A stretch of 64,000 nt of DNA from an uncultured Oscillospiraceae bacterium (GTDB lineage: Bacteria > Bacillota > Clostridia > Oscillospirales > Oscillospiraceae). The stretch lies in contig CAYJLH010000004.1 in assembly GCA_964370925.1 (NCBI GenBank), positions 3,167-67,166 of the forward strand, written 5' to 3'. The notes beneath the pieces were generated by a model, which worked only from the letters and a program-made list of their open reading frames with translations, did not search any database and was not told the origin of the DNA. Positions 38,995-48,353 of the stretch are shown one piece after another (position 1 is the stretch's first letter; each line of letters begins with the position of its first letter). A program made the translations under genes and the position numbers.

Positions 38995-40575
38995 TTAATC
39001 AATAACAATTTGAACTAGATATTTCGCCCAGTTATTTGCTGTGAAGTTTTCGCTGACTGCAAACCAAACTTTGCCGTCGCCATCGCTTTCGATATATTCG
39101 CCATCTTGATATAGTGCAAACATTGATTGTGGGTCGTTTAGCATGTCGGGTGTTAGTTTGATTTCATATCCGTCAGAAGCGATAACTGTTATTGTGCTTT
39201 CTGGGTCAGCACCAACAAAGTTTGCAATTTCTGACCAGTGAACACCTTTGTAAACACCGACAACTGTTTCACCAAAAGAGTTTGTGCGTGAGATTTCATG
39301 CTCTAGTTGTGGTAGTGCCATAAAATCTTCTTCTGTGATAGCTTTTGCTTCGCCACCAACTGTGATAGTTAAAAGTGCGCCTTCAACAGCTTCTGTTTCA
39401 ACTTCTTCGCCTGCTTCTTCTGACACTGTTTCACCTGAAACCAATTCGCCTGATGGAACAATTGAAGCTAGGTATTTGACTTTTCCGCCGCCTTTAGCAT
39501 CGCCAAAGTCATAACCTTCGAATTCAGCTCTGATATAGCCCTCTTCTTCGTCTGGATAGATTTTTCCGAATTCAATAGCGTCACCAGGAATAACTGTCTC
39601 ATATCCGTCGCTTGCGATGAATTTATACTCGCTGTAACCGTTAATTCCCAGTGTATCAAGTAGTGTTGCAACATCTGTTTCTGTTCCGAAATAAATAGCT
39701 GTTGAACCAGCTTTAACTAGGTCAAGTTGCTTAACACGCATGCCTAGGTTTAGTGTTTCTGAGAAATATTGTGGTGCATTTGTTTCCATATCTTCGCTAC
39801 CCTCAAGTTTTGAAACATAGCAAGTGAAGAATACATCAGCATTTTCTGTTTTTTCGTGTCCATCACGAGCAATTAAAGTAAATACTTCTGTTTCATTTTC
39901 AGGAAGGAATGCATCAAAATATGCTTGAAGTGAGTATGATTCAACCATTGTTCCGTCATAGTCTAAAGTTTCAGGTGTTAAAGTTGTCGCATTTTCAAAG
40001 AAAAATTGAACTTCTGCAACCATTTCTTCGCTTGCAGCCGCAGCTTCACCTGCACCAATTTCAATCATTGATAAATCTTTAACCCAGAACATAGCGCGTT
40101 TTTCAGGAACTGCACTTCTAGGTGTTTCAAGGACTTCACCGTTAAATGTAAGAACGATGTAAGCGCCTGTTTCTGCATATTCGTCGGCTGGTACGTTCAT
40201 AACATAACCGTCAGCCGCTGTGAAAGTCAAGCCACCGACATCTGCCAAGTTGATTCCATTTTCTTCAAGAACTTTTGCAATTGAAATGCCCTCAAAAACG
40301 ATTTCTGAGCTTTCGCCTTTTGAGTCTAGTGATGTTGTTTCAATTGTTTCAAGCTCCATAGCTTTCATGTCTGCACCGGTAAGTACGATGTCAACACCCT
40401 CACCTTTGATTGCAATTTCATAATCGTCAGCAAGTCCGCCCTCAGTTGATGCCTCGGGGCTAACTTCAGCACTTGCCACGGGGCTTTCTTCCGGAGCATC
40501 TGTTTCACTTGAACATCCGGCAAACACCAGCATAAGCAAAACAAGCGCAAGGGATAATAGTGTATGCTTTTTCAT
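38995..40575 (-). CDS. lipoprotein with three tandem SUOX-like (Oxidored_molyb-like) modules
   Basis: Lipobox LVFAGC. Three ~150-aa repeats, each carrying ..DGY...P......(Y/F)..(N/D)GE.......G....W.(K).L..I(V/E)I (e.g. FNGEVLETPRSAVPEKRAMFWVKDLSMIEI and DGDGKVWFAVSENFTANNWAKYLVQIVID). Confidence 0.55.
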   Translation of the reverse strand: MKKHTLLSLALVLLMLVFAGCSSETDAPEESPVASAEVSPEASTEGGLADDYEIAIKGEGVDIVLTGADMKAMELETIETTSLDSKGESSEIVFEGISIAKVLEENGINLADVGGLTFTAADGYVMNVPADEYAETGAYIVLTFNGEVLETPRSAVPEKRAMFWVKDLSMIEIGAGEAAAASEEMVAEVQFFFENATTLTPETLDYDGTMVESYSLQAYFDAFLPENETEVFTLIARDGHEKTENADVFFTCYVSKLEGSEDMETNAPQYFSETLNLGMRVKQLDLVKAGSTAIYFGTETDVATLLDTLGINGYSEYKFIASDGYETVIPGDAIEFGKIYPDEEEGYIRAEFEGYDFGDAKGGGKVKYLASIVPSGELVSGETVSEEAGEEVETEAVEGALLTITVGGEAKAITEEDFMALPQLEHEISRTNSFGETVVGVYKGVHWSEIANFVGADPESTITVIASDGYEIKLTPDMLNDPQSMFALYQDGEYIESDGDGKVWFAVSENFTANNWAKYLVQIVID

Positions 40576-40624
40576 TCTGTTTCTCCTTATTTCATCTTCA
40601 TTTTTTCAGCTTTCGCATCATGGT

Positions 40625-40654
40625 ATTTTAACATATTTTCTTGATAAATGTCAA
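40625..40654 (-). promoter_or_regulatory. candidate sigma-A promoter of the ECF/lipoprotein operon (TTGACA, 18-nt spacer, TAAAAT)
   Basis: Minus-strand hexamers at 40649-40654 and 40625-40630. Short (~45 nt) leader to RBS AAGGAG. Confidence 0.4.
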
Positions 40655-40702
40655 GCAATGTCAACATTTTCGAATAGTCAAAATGCCCAAATCACAAACT
40701 TT

Positions 40703-41359
40703 TCAAAGCAGTATTTCAAACTCATTTTTTGAAAATTTTATTATGCCCTCTTTCTGCATTTTCGATAGTTCATTTGAAAGCGCACTTCTATCCGCACATA
40801 GAAAACTCGCGAGTTGTTCACGATTTAACTCTATAGTAAACTTTTTAGCGCCTCTCCTTGAATAGTTGAAATATGCCATAATCTTTTCCCTCAGAGTTTT
40901 CTTAGAAATAATATCAATTTTTTGGTTTAGATACAGACTTTTTCTGGCTATAACCTTTAGCATATTGGAAATTAGTGTCTGATGAAACCTACATGATGAA
41001 CTACATGTCGTAACAATTTTCCTATAGTCTAAAAACAAAACCCGACTTTTCGCCCCTGCGACTATCGAAACAGGGCTTTGAAAAATATCCGCACACGCGA
41101 AAACCTCCAAAAAGATATCCCCGTCAGATATCTCGGCAATTATTGTTTCATTTCCGTTTTCATCAGACTTCATAACTCTAACTTCACCCGAAATTACTAT
41201 TCCTACAAAATCTATTTTGTCACCTAAGTGTAAAATATACTCATTTTTGGCGTAGCTCTTTTCAAATGCGGATATGCAATTAAACATAGCATTAAAATCT
41301 TCTCTTGTGATATTATCGAATATAGGATGTGCACATACTAAATCAAAATAATTTTTCAT
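40703..41359 (-). CDS. Crp/Fnr-family transcriptional regulator (HcpR-like)
   Basis: cNMP-binding domain plus C-terminal HTH. Divergent from ferredoxin-hcp. Start at ATG 41359 (MKNYFDL). Confidence 0.8.
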   Translation of the reverse strand: MKNYFDLVCAHPIFDNITREDFNAMFNCISAFEKSYAKNEYILHLGDKIDFVGIVISGEVRVMKSDENGNETIIAEISDGDIFLEVFACADIFQSPVSIVAGAKSRVLFLDYRKIVTTCSSSCRFHQTLISNMLKVIARKSLYLNQKIDIISKKTLREKIMAYFNYSRRGAKKFTIELNREQLASFLCADRSALSNELSKMQKEGIIKFSKNEFEILL

Positions 41360-41382
41360 AATACCCCTTTTTCGTTGTGTAG

Positions 41383-41398
41383 ACAACAGATTTGTTGT
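41383..41398. promoter_or_regulatory. candidate operator: perfect inverted repeat ACAACA-N4-TGTTGT in the hcpR / ferredoxin-hcp divergent region
   Basis: Seen directly at 41383-41398 between the divergent starts. Confidence 0.3.
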
Positions 41399-41445
41399 GT
41401 TGATTATAATACAATGTGGATACAGAAGTCAAGGAGGCTTAACAA

Positions 41446-42117
41446 ATGAGCAAAAAAGTTATAAAGATAGATGCCGACAAATGCATAGGCTGTGGTCTAT
41501 GTGCAGCGACATGTAAGCAAAGTGCAATCGAAATGATTGACGGAAAAGCAGTTGTAACATCAGAAGATTATTGCGACGGAATTGGAAATTGTCTTCGCGT
41601 ATGCCCTGTAAACGCAATTAGTTTTTCAGATAAAGATGTAAGCAAATCAGAGGACAGACCCAAACATTCAACTTGCCCCGGTAGCAGAGCAAAAATGATT
41701 TCATCTGACGAAAATGTTGCAGATGTAAAAATAAAATCCGCCCTACGTCAATGGCCAGTGCAAATTAAATTAATTCCCGAAAGTGCGCCTTATTTTGAAA
41801 ATGCAGACTTGCTTATCGCCGCAGATTGCTCCGCATTTGCATATGCAAATTTTCATGCGGAATTTATCAAAGATAAGATTACTATAATCGGATGTCCAAA
41901 ACTCGATAGTGTTGACTACACGAATAAATTAAGTTCAATCATCAATAATAACAGTATCAAGTCAGTTACAGTCGTGAGAATGGAAGTTCCATGCTGTGGT
42001 GGTATCGAAAACGCCGCAGTTAACGCAGTGAAAAACAGTGGAAAAAAATTACCGCTTAATGTAGTTACTATTACAATTAACGGTGAAATTTTAAAAAATA
42101 AGAAAGTTGAGGATTAG
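41446..42117 (+). CDS. 4Fe-4S ferredoxin-domain protein
   Basis: CIGCGLCAATC and CxxCxxCP-like cluster motifs. Confidence 0.8.
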   Translation: MSKKVIKIDADKCIGCGLCAATCKQSAIEMIDGKAVVTSEDYCDGIGNCLRVCPVNAISFSDKDVSKSEDRPKHSTCPGSRAKMISSDENVADVKIKSALRQWPVQIKLIPESAPYFENADLLIAADCSAFAYANFHAEFIKDKITIIGCPKLDSVDYTNKLSSIINNNSIKSVTVVRMEVPCCGGIENAAVNAVKNSGKKLPLNVVTITINGEILKNKKVED

Positions 42118-42121
42118 TCAA

Positions 42122-43732
42122 ATGAGTGAAATGTTCTGTTTCCAATGTCAGCAGACCGCACACAACGTCGCTTGCGAAGGCAAGAGCGGTGTTTGCGGAA
42201 AAAAATCCAACAATGCACAGCTTCAAGACGAATTGACAAGTGCATTAATCGGGCTTGCACGTTGCCTAGACGGTGATACAAAACCCACAGAGGACACAGC
42301 AAGAATTGTAATCGAGGGGCTTTTTACCACCATTACGAACGTAAACTTCAACGATGACACAGTGCAGAAAATGATTGAGCTTGTCCACAATGAAAAGTCT
42401 GTAATCGTTCCCGGTTGTGCCGGATGCACCTCTGCATGTAACAGAAACGATGATTATCACATGGACTATCTTTGGAAAGAACACGAAGATATTCGCTCGC
42501 TGAAATCATTGATTTTGTTCGGTATTCGTGGTATGTCCGCTTATGCACATCATGCGATGGTTTTAGGCTACGAAAGCGAAGAAATCAACCAATTTTTGTA
42601 CAAGGCGCTGTTTTATATCGGCTCTGATTGTGGCGCGAATGAACTTCTTCCAATCGTACTTGAAGTCGGAAAAGTGAACTTACAGTGCATGGAACTTCTG
42701 GACAAAGCCAACACCGAAAGTTACGGCACACCAGTGCCCACAAGCGTTTCACTAACTATTGAAAAAGGCCCATTTATCGTCATCAGCGGACATGATTTGC
42801 ACGATCTTAAACTTCTTTTAGAACAAACAAAAGACAAGGGCATAAACATCTATACACACAGCGAAATGCTACCAGCTCACGCCTATCCAAAACTCAAAGA
42901 GTACAAGCATTTAAAAGGAAATTTCGGCACTGCGTGGCAAAGTCAGCAGAGCGAATTCCACAACATTCCCGCACCGATTTTGTTCACCACTAACTGCCTA
43001 ATGCCAGTTCGTGAGAGCTATAAAGACAGAGTTTTCACAACGTCTGTTGTGTCATATCCAGAGCTTGTGCACATTGGAAACGACAAAGATTTTTCGGCTG
43101 TAATCGCAAAGGCCTTAGAGTGTGGCGGTTACGACGAGGACAAGCAAATGACAGGCATCAACGGCGGTAAAACTGTCATGACAGGCTTTGGTCACGGTAC
43201 TGTTTTATCTGTTGCAGATAAGGTCATTGACGCCGTTAAGGGTGGAAAAATCAAACACTTTTTCCTAGTCGGCGGTTGTGATGGCGCTCAATCTGGCAGA
43301 AACTATTACACTGAGTTTGTAAAACAAAGCCCTAAGGACAGCATTATTTTAACTCTCGCTTGTGGTAAATATCGTTTCAATGATTTAGACCTTGGAGATA
43401 TAGAGGGCTTGCCTCGTATCATGGACATGGGACAATGTAACGACGCTTATAGTGCAATTAAAGTTGCCGTTGCTTTGTCTGAGGCTTTTGGATGCACAGT
43501 CAATGAATTACCTCTATCCATGGTGCTTTCTTGGTACGAACAAAAAGCGGTTGCAATACTTCTAACACTTCTTTACCTCGGAATTAAAGACATCTATTTA
43601 GGGCCAACTCTACCAGCTTTTGTGTCAAAAAATGTGCTTGATATTTTGGTCAAAAACTATAATATTTCGCCAATTAGCACTCCTGAAGAGGACTTAAAAA
43701 AAATTCTTGGTGAAGTTGCTGTCGCAAACTAA
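42122..43732 (+). CDS. hcp: hybrid-cluster protein / hydroxylamine reductase
   Basis: Canonical MFCFQCQQTA N-terminal cysteine motif. Start set to ATG 42122 (RBS GAGGA). Confidence 0.9.
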   Translation: MSEMFCFQCQQTAHNVACEGKSGVCGKKSNNAQLQDELTSALIGLARCLDGDTKPTEDTARIVIEGLFTTITNVNFNDDTVQKMIELVHNEKSVIVPGCAGCTSACNRNDDYHMDYLWKEHEDIRSLKSLILFGIRGMSAYAHHAMVLGYESEEINQFLYKALFYIGSDCGANELLPIVLEVGKVNLQCMELLDKANTESYGTPVPTSVSLTIEKGPFIVISGHDLHDLKLLLEQTKDKGINIYTHSEMLPAHAYPKLKEYKHLKGNFGTAWQSQQSEFHNIPAPILFTTNCLMPVRESYKDRVFTTSVVSYPELVHIGNDKDFSAVIAKALECGGYDEDKQMTGINGGKTVMTGFGHGTVLSVADKVIDAVKGGKIKHFFLVGGCDGAQSGRNYYTEFVKQSPKDSIILTLACGKYRFNDLDLGDIEGLPRIMDMGQCNDAYSAIKVAVALSEAFGCTVNELPLSMVLSWYEQKAVAILLTLLYLGIKDIYLGPTLPAFVSKNVLDILVKNYNISPISTPEEDLKKILGEVAVAN

Positions 43733-43811
43733 ATTTTCATCCCCCTAGGGGGCTTGCGAAAGTGTTTTTTACACTGTACAATGGTAAAAAATATAAGTAG
43801 CGGAGGAAATT

Positions 43812-44555
43812 ATGGCTAAGAGAATTTTGTTACTGGGTGTTTATGGAATGGAGCTTGTCGAGTGCGGTGGAGTGCTCGCCAAGAATGTAATAGATGGTGG
43901 AAAAAGTTATGCTTCTATAATGCTTGCCGGCCCTTTGATGAGGGATAATGTATCGCAAGCAGCGGAAATACTTGGAGTAAACAAAGTATATTTTAACGAT
44001 TTCAAAACAGGCGAAGTTAATTTCGACAGAGAGCATAAATTAGCTCTTATCAAAATTATTCGTGAAGTAAAGCCTGATATCGTAATCACTCAGGACCCTG
44101 AGCACATAGTTTCAGACCTTGACCCTGACAGACGGCCCGCAATGATTTTAATACTTGAAGCACTAGCACTTGCGTCTAGGGACTTCGGTCTTGACGCAAT
44201 GCCAGAGCTTGAGCCACATTCTGTTCCCAAAATTTACTACATGAGCCCTGTAAATCCAAACTGCACCGTTAATATCGCAAGCGTTTGGCATTTAAAGGAA
44301 AAAGGCATGGATGTTTTAGAGTCTCAAATGACATTTAGTGGTAAATATTATGAGAGAAAGTTCTCAGAAACTGAACTAGAAGTTTTAGTACCTGGTTTCA
44401 AGAACTTAGACTCTTACTACAAAAAAGGCAGAAGTGTTGCAAGCTCCATTGACAAAGCCATACACATGTTTTATGGCGCTGGCGGACATGGAACTTTCGC
44501 TCTAGCCGAGGCATATAGATTTGAAGGTCGATTTGAATTCGAAGAATTATGGTAA
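43812..44555 (+). CDS. PIG-L/LmbE-like deacetylase-fold protein (divergent)
   Basis: RILLLGVYGMELVECGGVLAK parallels the PIG-L AHPDDE..GCGGTLAK block, but the HPDD metal ligands are replaced. Confidence 0.45.
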   Translation: MAKRILLLGVYGMELVECGGVLAKNVIDGGKSYASIMLAGPLMRDNVSQAAEILGVNKVYFNDFKTGEVNFDREHKLALIKIIREVKPDIVITQDPEHIVSDLDPDRRPAMILILEALALASRDFGLDAMPELEPHSVPKIYYMSPVNPNCTVNIASVWHLKEKGMDVLESQMTFSGKYYERKFSETELEVLVPGFKNLDSYYKKGRSVASSIDKAIHMFYGAGGHGTFALAEAYRFEGRFEFEELW

Positions 44556-44595
44556 TTATCCTTGAATTTCAGCCCCAAAGATTTACAATATTAAA

Positions 44596-44634
44596 AACAA
44601 GCTCTCCGACACCATTGGAGAGCTTGTTTTTGAT
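44596..44634 (+). terminator. intrinsic terminator
   Basis: aaacaagctctcc / ggagagcttgttt hairpin plus T-run. Confidence 0.55.
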
Positions 44635-44691
44635 TTATTATTCAATAAATTAGTTCAAATAGAAAAAGCCTAAGTTGTGGCATTTTGGAGT

Positions 44692-45399
44692 TTAATTACA
44701 CGCTTTTATAAACTCGTCAAATAAAATTTTCATGCTGTTTTCAGCCACAAGCATAGCCTCAGGATGCCATTGAACACTTACGCAAAATGGATAGTCTTCA
44801 AATTCTACAGCTTCAATTATTCCATCAGATGTATGACCTACAGCTACTAAGCCTTTGCCAAGGTCTTTTATGCTTTGGTGGTGAAAACTGCTCGCCATAA
44901 CTTCATCGCCGTAATACTCGTGAAGTTTAGAACCTTTTTTAATTGTAACTTTATGGCATATATCGCTATAAGAGCCTGTTTGATAATGCTTCATAACTTT
45001 ACATTGTGAGGGAATATCTTGATAAAGCGTTCCGCCACACACTATATTTAATGCTTGATGACCACGGCAGATTGCCAAAATCGGTTTTTTTGCCTCTATC
45101 GCCTTTTTGGTAATCTCAAGGTGACATTTATCGACAAACATAAATGTTTCACCTAATTGTGGATGTGGTTCTTCGTTGTAAAACAGTGGGTTAATATCAT
45201 CCCCACCACTCAAAACAAAGCCATCCATAGCTTCTATAGTTTCATTTAAAAGGATTTCGTCCGTCATATTTGGAATTAAAAATGGAAGTCCGCCCGATTT
45301 TATAACAGCATCACTATATGCTGCGTTTAGTGCATTTCTCGGTAATCCACTTGTCGGATTGACCATTTGAAAAGTTGTTATGCCTATTCTGGGTTTCAT
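44692..45399 (-). CDS. class I glutamine amidotransferase-like peptidase C26 (gamma-glutamyl hydrolase family)
   Basis: ICRGHQ catalytic Cys context and His/Glu in the C-terminus. Confidence 0.8.
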   Translation of the reverse strand: MKPRIGITTFQMVNPTSGLPRNALNAAYSDAVIKSGGLPFLIPNMTDEILLNETIEAMDGFVLSGGDDINPLFYNEEPHPQLGETFMFVDKCHLEITKKAIEAKKPILAICRGHQALNIVCGGTLYQDIPSQCKVMKHYQTGSYSDICHKVTIKKGSKLHEYYGDEVMASSFHHQSIKDLGKGLVAVGHTSDGIIEAVEFEDYPFCVSVQWHPEAMLVAENSMKILFDEFIKACN

Positions 45400-45709
45400 G
45401 TGTTACCTCTCTCATTTTACTTCAACACAGTATATCATTACACCAGAATTTTATCAAGTACTGATATATAATATATTAATATGTCACGTCATAGCATGTG
45501 TACTCTTTATCGAAATTGTATCCTTGTTTTTTCGAAAGTTCGAGTGAATGTAAATTCGCCGCTTCACGCCCTTTTCTCTATTATAACAGATGAGTTCTCT
45601 TTGACAAGTAGGCGTTGACATTTTTTAGGTATCTCATCTCTTGCATTTTTTAATAACTAGCAGTATAATTGTAAATATGAGGTAATTACAAATTTTTAAG
45701 GAGGCTGTT

Positions 45710-47752
45710 ATGAAAAAAATAATTCCTATCATACTTGCACTTGTATTGGTAATTGGTTTCTTCGCATGTGATGACGAGGGCTACGAAGATTATGACGACG
45801 AATACGAGGCTTATAACGACAGAGACGATGAGAATGAAGACGATGAGGATGAGACATATTTCGACGACGACGAGGACGACGTTTATCGTGGAGACCACGA
45901 CCTTGAATGGGTTATGTACTGGTATCTCTGTGGTAGTGACCTCGAATCTTATTACGGCAGTGCATCTGATGATTTATTCGAAATGATGGATGTTGATTTA
46001 CCCGAAAATGTCGCAATTATTATTCAAACAGGCGGTGCTACTTCTTGGTACAACGATTTTGTTGACCCGAATTATTTAGAGCGTTACATCTACAGCAGTG
46101 ATGGCTTAGAATTAATCGAGCAAGCACCACTTGCAAACATGGGCGAAGCATCGACGCTCAGTGACTTTTTGAATTTTGCCGAAACAAACTACCCTGCAAA
46201 TCGCACTATGTTGAATTTCTGGAATCACGGCGGTGGTTCTTTAACAGGTGCAGCTTTTGATGAGCTATTCTACAACGACTCACTTACTTTAGGTGAGATG
46301 TACAGCTCACTTGAACAAGTTTACGGAGCAAATCCAGAAACTTATCCGCTTGATATTGTCGGTTTTGATACTTGTCTAATGGCAACGCTCTCAACCGCCA
46401 ATGCTTTTGCAAGCCACGCAAATTACTTGGTTGCTTCGCAAGAGCTCGAACCGGGAAATGGTTGGTATTACAGCGGAATTATGGATGCACTAGCTGAAAA
46501 TCCAACAATCAGCCCCAAAAATTTGGGGGTTGTCATTTGTGATACATATGTTGATGGTTGCGAATATTGGGATACAGATGACGAAATCACTCTGTCTGTC
46601 ACCGACCTTTCAAAGCTCCCAGAACTCATTGATGCTTATGAACGATTTGGAATTGAAGCATTTAGCTTTGCAATTGAAAATCCGGTTTTCTTTAACCACC
46701 TAGCTCAAACCGCAAAAGAATCCGAGAACTACGGCGGAAACACTCGTCAACAGGGTTACACAAACATGGTTGACCTTGGGCAGTTGGTTCTTAACACGCA
46801 AGATATGCTCCCCGAAAACTCACAGGCTGTTCTCGATGCATTGGACGAAGCTGTTGTTTACAAAGTCGACAGCATTTATCGCCCCGACGGCATGGGACTT
46901 TCAACTTATTACACCTATGACAAGGACATAGATAACCTCTATGCATTTATGGACGTAAACCCTGCTCCCGCCTTTAACTACTTATACCACTATGGACTCA
47001 CAGGGCATTTGGACGAAAATGGAGTTCAATACCTCAATGATTCATTAAATTACTACGAACCACTTCCGGTAATTAAAACGCTCAGCTCTGTTTCACAATG
47101 GGAGGGAATTATCCCCTATATTGACGACGAGGGCAGTGCAGTCATCGACCTCGGTCCTGAGGCTTACGACATTTTATCTTTCATAACTTTTGAATTATAT
47201 TATTCGCCTGTTGAGGACGATTTACTTCTGTCACTTGGCTCTGACAATGACATAAACGCAGACTGGGACAACGGAGTTTTTGCCGATAACTTCCGCGGCG
47301 TTTGGGGGCATTTAGACGGCGCTCTTTGCTATATGGATTTAGTTTATGAGGGTGACGACTTCAACGAATATTCCGTTCCTGTTTATTTAAATGGAGAAGA
47401 ATATAACCTAAATGTCATTTATGACTTTAACTATGAGGAATATATAATTCTAGGCGCAAGAAAACCACTTTCTGACCTTGGTGCAGCCGATAAAAACATG
47501 GTCGATTTGGAAGTTGGTAACACAGTGGATATCATAAGCTACGCAAGCTCTTTTGACCCTGATGAAGATTTCTATGCTGTTGTGACTGATAGCATAGTCG
47601 TCAGTGAATACACATCGTTCACCGAAGAATCACTACCTGATGGATATTATTTCCTAACTTTCCGCATGGAAGATGCCCAAGGAAACATATATTACTCAGA
47701 TATCGTGACATATGAGTCATATGAGGGTGAATGGTTCACTTATTACGAATAA
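45710..47752 (+). CDS. clostripain-family (C11) cysteine peptidase lipoprotein with highly acidic N-terminal region
   Basis: Lipobox GFFAC. D/E-rich linker. His-Cys dyad context FWNHGGG ... GFDTCLMA. Confidence 0.8.
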   Translation: MKKIIPIILALVLVIGFFACDDEGYEDYDDEYEAYNDRDDENEDDEDETYFDDDEDDVYRGDHDLEWVMYWYLCGSDLESYYGSASDDLFEMMDVDLPENVAIIIQTGGATSWYNDFVDPNYLERYIYSSDGLELIEQAPLANMGEASTLSDFLNFAETNYPANRTMLNFWNHGGGSLTGAAFDELFYNDSLTLGEMYSSLEQVYGANPETYPLDIVGFDTCLMATLSTANAFASHANYLVASQELEPGNGWYYSGIMDALAENPTISPKNLGVVICDTYVDGCEYWDTDDEITLSVTDLSKLPELIDAYERFGIEAFSFAIENPVFFNHLAQTAKESENYGGNTRQQGYTNMVDLGQLVLNTQDMLPENSQAVLDALDEAVVYKVDSIYRPDGMGLSTYYTYDKDIDNLYAFMDVNPAPAFNYLYHYGLTGHLDENGVQYLNDSLNYYEPLPVIKTLSSVSQWEGIIPYIDDEGSAVIDLGPEAYDILSFITFELYYSPVEDDLLLSLGSDNDINADWDNGVFADNFRGVWGHLDGALCYMDLVYEGDDFNEYSVPVYLNGEEYNLNVIYDFNYEEYIILGARKPLSDLGAADKNMVDLEVGNTVDIISYASSFDPDEDFYAVVTDSIVVSEYTSFTEESLPDGYYFLTFRMEDAQGNIYYSDIVTYESYEGEWFTYYE

Positions 47753-47818
47753 TCATAAAATCCCCCTTTACAATCACGTGACCATGTGATATAATCATAG
47801 CATAAAGGTGGTGAGGCA

Positions 47819-48346
47819 ATGATAAGACTGCCGGGAACGATTATCGAAACCGAAGAAAACAACGCAAGACAGGTTTTCACTTCCATTTTTTCAACGGGTG
47901 GTGTAACACTTTCACAGGTCTGCAATATAACCGAACTTGAAACATATGTCATTCAAAACTGGGTAAAGAGGGGATATATCGCGTCTCCTACGAACAAAAA
48001 GTATGATGTTAATCAGCTTTGTCGAATTATTATCGTCAATATTTTGAAAGATGTATTTTCAATTGAGCAAGTATGCGGAATTTTGGAAGCCGCTTCTCGT
48101 TGCCCCGATGTCGACGACAGTAAGCTTTATTTTCTGTTCGTGGATGTAGTCTTTTTTTCAAAATCAAGCATGTCTAATTTTGAAAATGCCATTGCTGAGA
48201 TAAAACCTAAGCTCGGTAACAGCAAGGCTTATGAAAAACACCTATGCGCAATTTTGAAAATTATGTTCACCGCTTATGTTTCAAAAAAGCACAAACAAGA
48301 TGCATTATCACAATACAAATCACTGGGAATTTCAGAGAAAGGGTGA
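47819..48346 (+). CDS. hypothetical protein
   Basis: 175-aa ORF with good codon usage and a gene-sized gap. No confident domain assignment. Confidence 0.4.
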   Translation: MIRLPGTIIETEENNARQVFTSIFSTGGVTLSQVCNITELETYVIQNWVKRGYIASPTNKKYDVNQLCRIIIVNILKDVFSIEQVCGILEAASRCPDVDDSKLYFLFVDVVFFSKSSMSNFENAIAEIKPKLGNSKAYEKHLCAILKIMFTAYVSKKHKQDALSQYKSLGISEKG

Positions 48347-48353
48347 GGAATTT

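Noticed and set aside
42107-42121. TTG start of hcp (MRISQ)
   Set aside because: Hcp proteins begin M(S/E)MFCFQC. ATG 42122 with GAGGA RBS fits, and the extension overlaps the ferredoxin gene.
45686-45986. Minus-strand 70-aa ORF and plus-strand 77-aa ORF over the acidic N-terminus of the clostripain-like gene
   Set aside because: They are low-complexity translations of the D/E-coding repeat (V/I-rich antisense frame). They are fully contained in a confidently assigned gene.
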